Assembly: GCA_043228905.1 (NCBI GenBank)
Contig: JBHGNT010000294.1
Location: forward strand, 1-38,687
Source of the DNA: Azolla caroliniana
Taxonomy: Eukaryota > Plantae > Polypodiophyta
Length of the DNA: 38,687 nt
Direction: 5' to 3'
Position numbers and translations under genes: made by a program. The notes beneath the pieces were generated by a model. That model searched no databases. It saw only the letters and a program-made list of their open reading frames with translations, and had not been told where the DNA came from. This document shows, one piece after another, positions 35,501 to 38,687 of the stretch. The number at the start of each line of letters is the position of its first letter. Positions within the stretch are counted from its first letter, which is position 1.

Positions 35501-38500
35501 TCGTCATGTCTCTCGACCTGAGTTTCAAAATCTTGATTTTTTAATTCCATATCATACCTAGCGTTGTTAGCTTCGATTCTCATGTTTGAACACATAAATC
35601 CGATATCACACGAGCCAGGTATGAACATTTAAATTTACCTACTAGCTCTTCTCAACTCACTCCTCAAATTTGGTAATTTCTTTATGTCTGTTGACCTGAG
35701 TTTCAAAATCTTGATTTTTTAATTCCATATCATAGCTAGCGTTGTTAGCTTCGATCCGCATGTTTGAACATAAAAATCCGATATCACAGTCGCCAGGTAT
35801 GAACATTTAAATTTACCTACTAGCTCTTCTCAACTCACTCCTCAAATTTGGTAATTTCTTCATGTCTCTCGACCTGAGTTTCAAAATCTTGATTTTTTAT
35901 TTCCATATCATAACTAGAGTTGTTAGCTTCGATTTGCATGTTTGAACAGAAAAATCCGATATGACACGAGCCAGGTATGAACATTTTAATTTATTCAAGG
36001 GCTCGTCTCAACTCCCTTGTCAAGGATGCTAATTTCGTCATGTCTCTCGACCTGAGTTTCAAAATCTTGATTTTTTAATTCCATATCATAGCTAGCGTTG
36101 TTAGCTTCGATTCTCATGTTTGAACACATAAATCCGATATCACACGAGCCAGGTATGAACATGTTAATTTACTCAAGGGCTCCTCTCAACTCCCTTGTCA
36201 AGGTTGCTATTTTCGTCATGTCTCTCGACCTGAGTTTCAAAATCTTGATTTTTTAATTCCATATCATAGCTAGCGTTGTTAGCTTCGATTCTCATGTTTG
36301 AACACATAAATCCGATATGACACGAGCTAGGTATGAACATTTTAATTTACTCAAGGGCTCTTCTCAACTCCCTCCTCAAGTTTCCTATTTTCGTCAGATC
36401 TGTCGACCTGAGTTTCAAAATCTTGATTTTTTAATTCCGTATCATAGCTAGCGTTGTTAACTTCGATTGGCATGTCTGAACACAAAAATCCGATATCACA
36501 CGAGCCAGGTATGAACATTTTAATTTACTCAAGGGCTCCTCTCAACTCCCTTGTCAAGGTTGCTAATTTCGTCATGTCTCTCGACCTGAGTGTCAAAATC
36601 TTGATTTTTTAATTCCATATCATAGCTTGCGTTGTTAGCTCCATTCGCATGTTTGAACACATAAATCCGATATCACACGAGCCAGGTATGAGCATTTTAA
36701 TTTACTCAAGGGGTCGTCTCAACTCCCTTGTCAAGGTTGCTATTTTCGTCATGTCTCTCGACATGAGTTTCAAAATCTTGATTTTTTAATTCCATATCAT
36801 AACTACCGTTGTAAGCTTCGATTGGCATGTTTGAAATCAAATATCCGATATCACACGAGCCAGGTATGAACATTTTAATTTACTCAAGGGCTCCTCTCAA
36901 CTCCCTCCTCAAGTTTGCTATTTTCGTCATGTCTCTCGACGTGAGTTTCAAAATCTTGATTTTTTAATTCCATATCATAGCTAGCGTTGTTAGCTTCGAT
37001 TCTCATGTTTGAACACATAAATCCGATATCACACGAGCCAGGTATGAACATTTTAATTTAGTCAAGGGCTCTTCTCAACTCCCTCCTCAAGTTTGCTATT
37101 TTCGTCAGATCTGTCGACCTGAGTTTCAAAATCTTGATTTTTTAATTCCATATCATAGCTAGCGTTGTTAGCTTCGATTCTCATGTTTGAACACATAAAT
37201 CCGATATGACACGAGCTAGGTATGAACATTTTAATTTACTCAAGGGCTCTTCTCAACTCCCTCCTCAAGTTTCCTATTTTCGTCAGATCTGTCGACCTGA
37301 GTTTCAAAATCTTGATTTTTTAATTCCGTATCATAGCTAGCGTTGTTAACTTCGATTGGCATGTCTGAACACAAAAATCCGATATCACACGAGCCAGGTA
37401 TGAACATTTTAATTTACTCAAGGGCTCCTCTCAACTCCCTTTTCAAGGTTGCTAATTTCGTCATGTCTCTCGACCTGAGTGTCAAAATCTTGATTTTTTA
37501 ATTCCATATCATAGCTTGCGTTGTTAGCTCCATTCGCATGTTTGAACACATAAATCCGATATCACACGAGCCAGGTATGAACATTTAAATTTACCTACTA
37601 GCTCTTCTCAACTCCCTCCTCAAGTTTGCTATTTTCGTCATATCTGTCGACCTGAGTTTCAAAATCTTGATTTTTTAATTCCATATCATAACTACCGTTG
37701 TTAGCTTCGATTGGCATGTTTGAAATCAAATATCCGATATCACACGAGCCAGGTATGAACATTTTAATTTACTCAAGGGCTCCTCTCAACTCCCTCCTCA
37801 AGTTTGCTATTTTCGTCATGTCTCTCGACGTGAGTTTCAAAATCTTGATTTTTTAATTCCATATCATAGCTAGCGTTGTTAGCTTCGATTCTCATGTTTG
37901 AACACATAAATCCGATATCACACGAGCCAGGTATGAACATTTTAATTTAGTCAAGGGCTCTTCTCAACTCCCTCCTCAAGTTTGCTATTTTCGTCAGATC
38001 TGTCGACCTGAGTTTCAAAATCTTGATTTTTTAATTCCATATCGTAACTAGTGTTGTTAGCTTCGATTCGCATGTTTGAACACATAAATCCGATATCACA
38101 CGAGCTAGGTCTCTCAACACCCTCCTCAAATTTGGTAATTTCGTCATGTCTCTCAACCTGAGTTTCAAAATCTTGATTTTTTAATTCCATATCATAGCTA
38201 GCGATGTTAGCTTCGATTCGCATGTTTGAACACAAAAATCCAATATCACAGTCGCCAGGTATGAACATTTAAATTTACCTACTAGCTCTTCTCAACTCAC
38301 TCCTCAAATTTGGTAATTTCTTCATGTCTCTCGACCTGAGTTTCAAAATCTTGATTTTTTATTTCCATATCATAACTAGAGTGGTTAGCTTCGATTTGCA
38401 TGTTTGAACAGAAAAATCCGATATGACACGAGCCAGGTATGAACATTTTAATTTACTCAAGGGCTCGTCTCAACTCCCTTGTCAAGGATGCTAATTTCGT

Positions 38501-38687
38501 CATGTCTCTCGACCTGAGTTTCAAAATCTTGATTTTTTAATTCCATATCATAGCTAGCGTTGTTAGCTTCGATTCTCATGTTTGAACACATAAATCCGAT
38601 ATCACACGAGCCAGGTATGAACATTTTAATTTACTCAAGGGCTCCTCTCAACTCCCTCCTCAAGTTTGCTATTTTCGTCATGTCTCT
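14517..38687. repeat. 178-bp tandem satellite, proximal block (about 136 monomers, continuing past the window) with higher-order structure
   Basis: Same monomer and orientation as 6180-8223. Two main subtypes are present: ...TTTACCTACTAGCTCTTCTCAACTCACTCCTCAAATTTGG... and ...TTTACTCAAGGGCTCCTCTCAACTCCCTTGTCAAGG... Diagnostic variants recur at multiples of 178. Confidence 0.98.

Noticed and set aside
14738-38268. Repeated 61-105 aa ORFs (MFEHINPISH..., MSKLKCSY..., MFIPGDCD...)
   Set aside because: They are chance open frames about one satellite monomer long, created by point variants that remove stops. The 178-bp period is not a multiple of 3, and there is no protein motif.
6180-38687. Satellite as Arabidopsis CEN178/CEN180, a 5S rDNA or tRNA array, or a CRISPR array
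   Set aside because: Only the length matches CEN178; I do not recognise the sequence as such. No 5S or tRNA motifs were seen, and there are no unique spacers, since the whole monomer repeats.

Overview
Left end of a plant-type chromosome. Bases 1-14 are a leftover library adapter. They are followed by about 6.15 kb of (CCCTAAA)n telomere and then a 178-bp tandem satellite that fills the rest of the window. The satellite is interrupted at 8224-14516 by a 5'-truncated, endonuclease-lacking Penelope-like retroelement (PLE) oriented with its 5' end toward the telomere. The PLE has four notable parts: (1) a Pro/Asn/His-rich ORF1 partly encoded by (AACCCT)n telomere-like hexamers; (2) a candidate -1 ribosomal frameshift signal (A_AAA_AAC plus a 12-bp stem-loop) that would fuse ORF1 to an uninterrupted 656-codon RT ORF with no GIY-YIG domain; (3) a TATA box and a type I hammerhead ribozyme in the 3' region; (4) a block of 14-bp telomere-mimic repeats near its 3' end. 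A 5'-truncated RTE/RTEX-like LINE is nested in the PLE 3' region, flanked by an unusually long (about 140-180 bp) target-site duplication. The satellite shows two main monomer subtypes, 5-, 7-, 11- and 12-monomer higher-order periodicities, and several microhomology-type repair scars. No ordinary host genes were recognised. All calls were made by eye, with no database searches.
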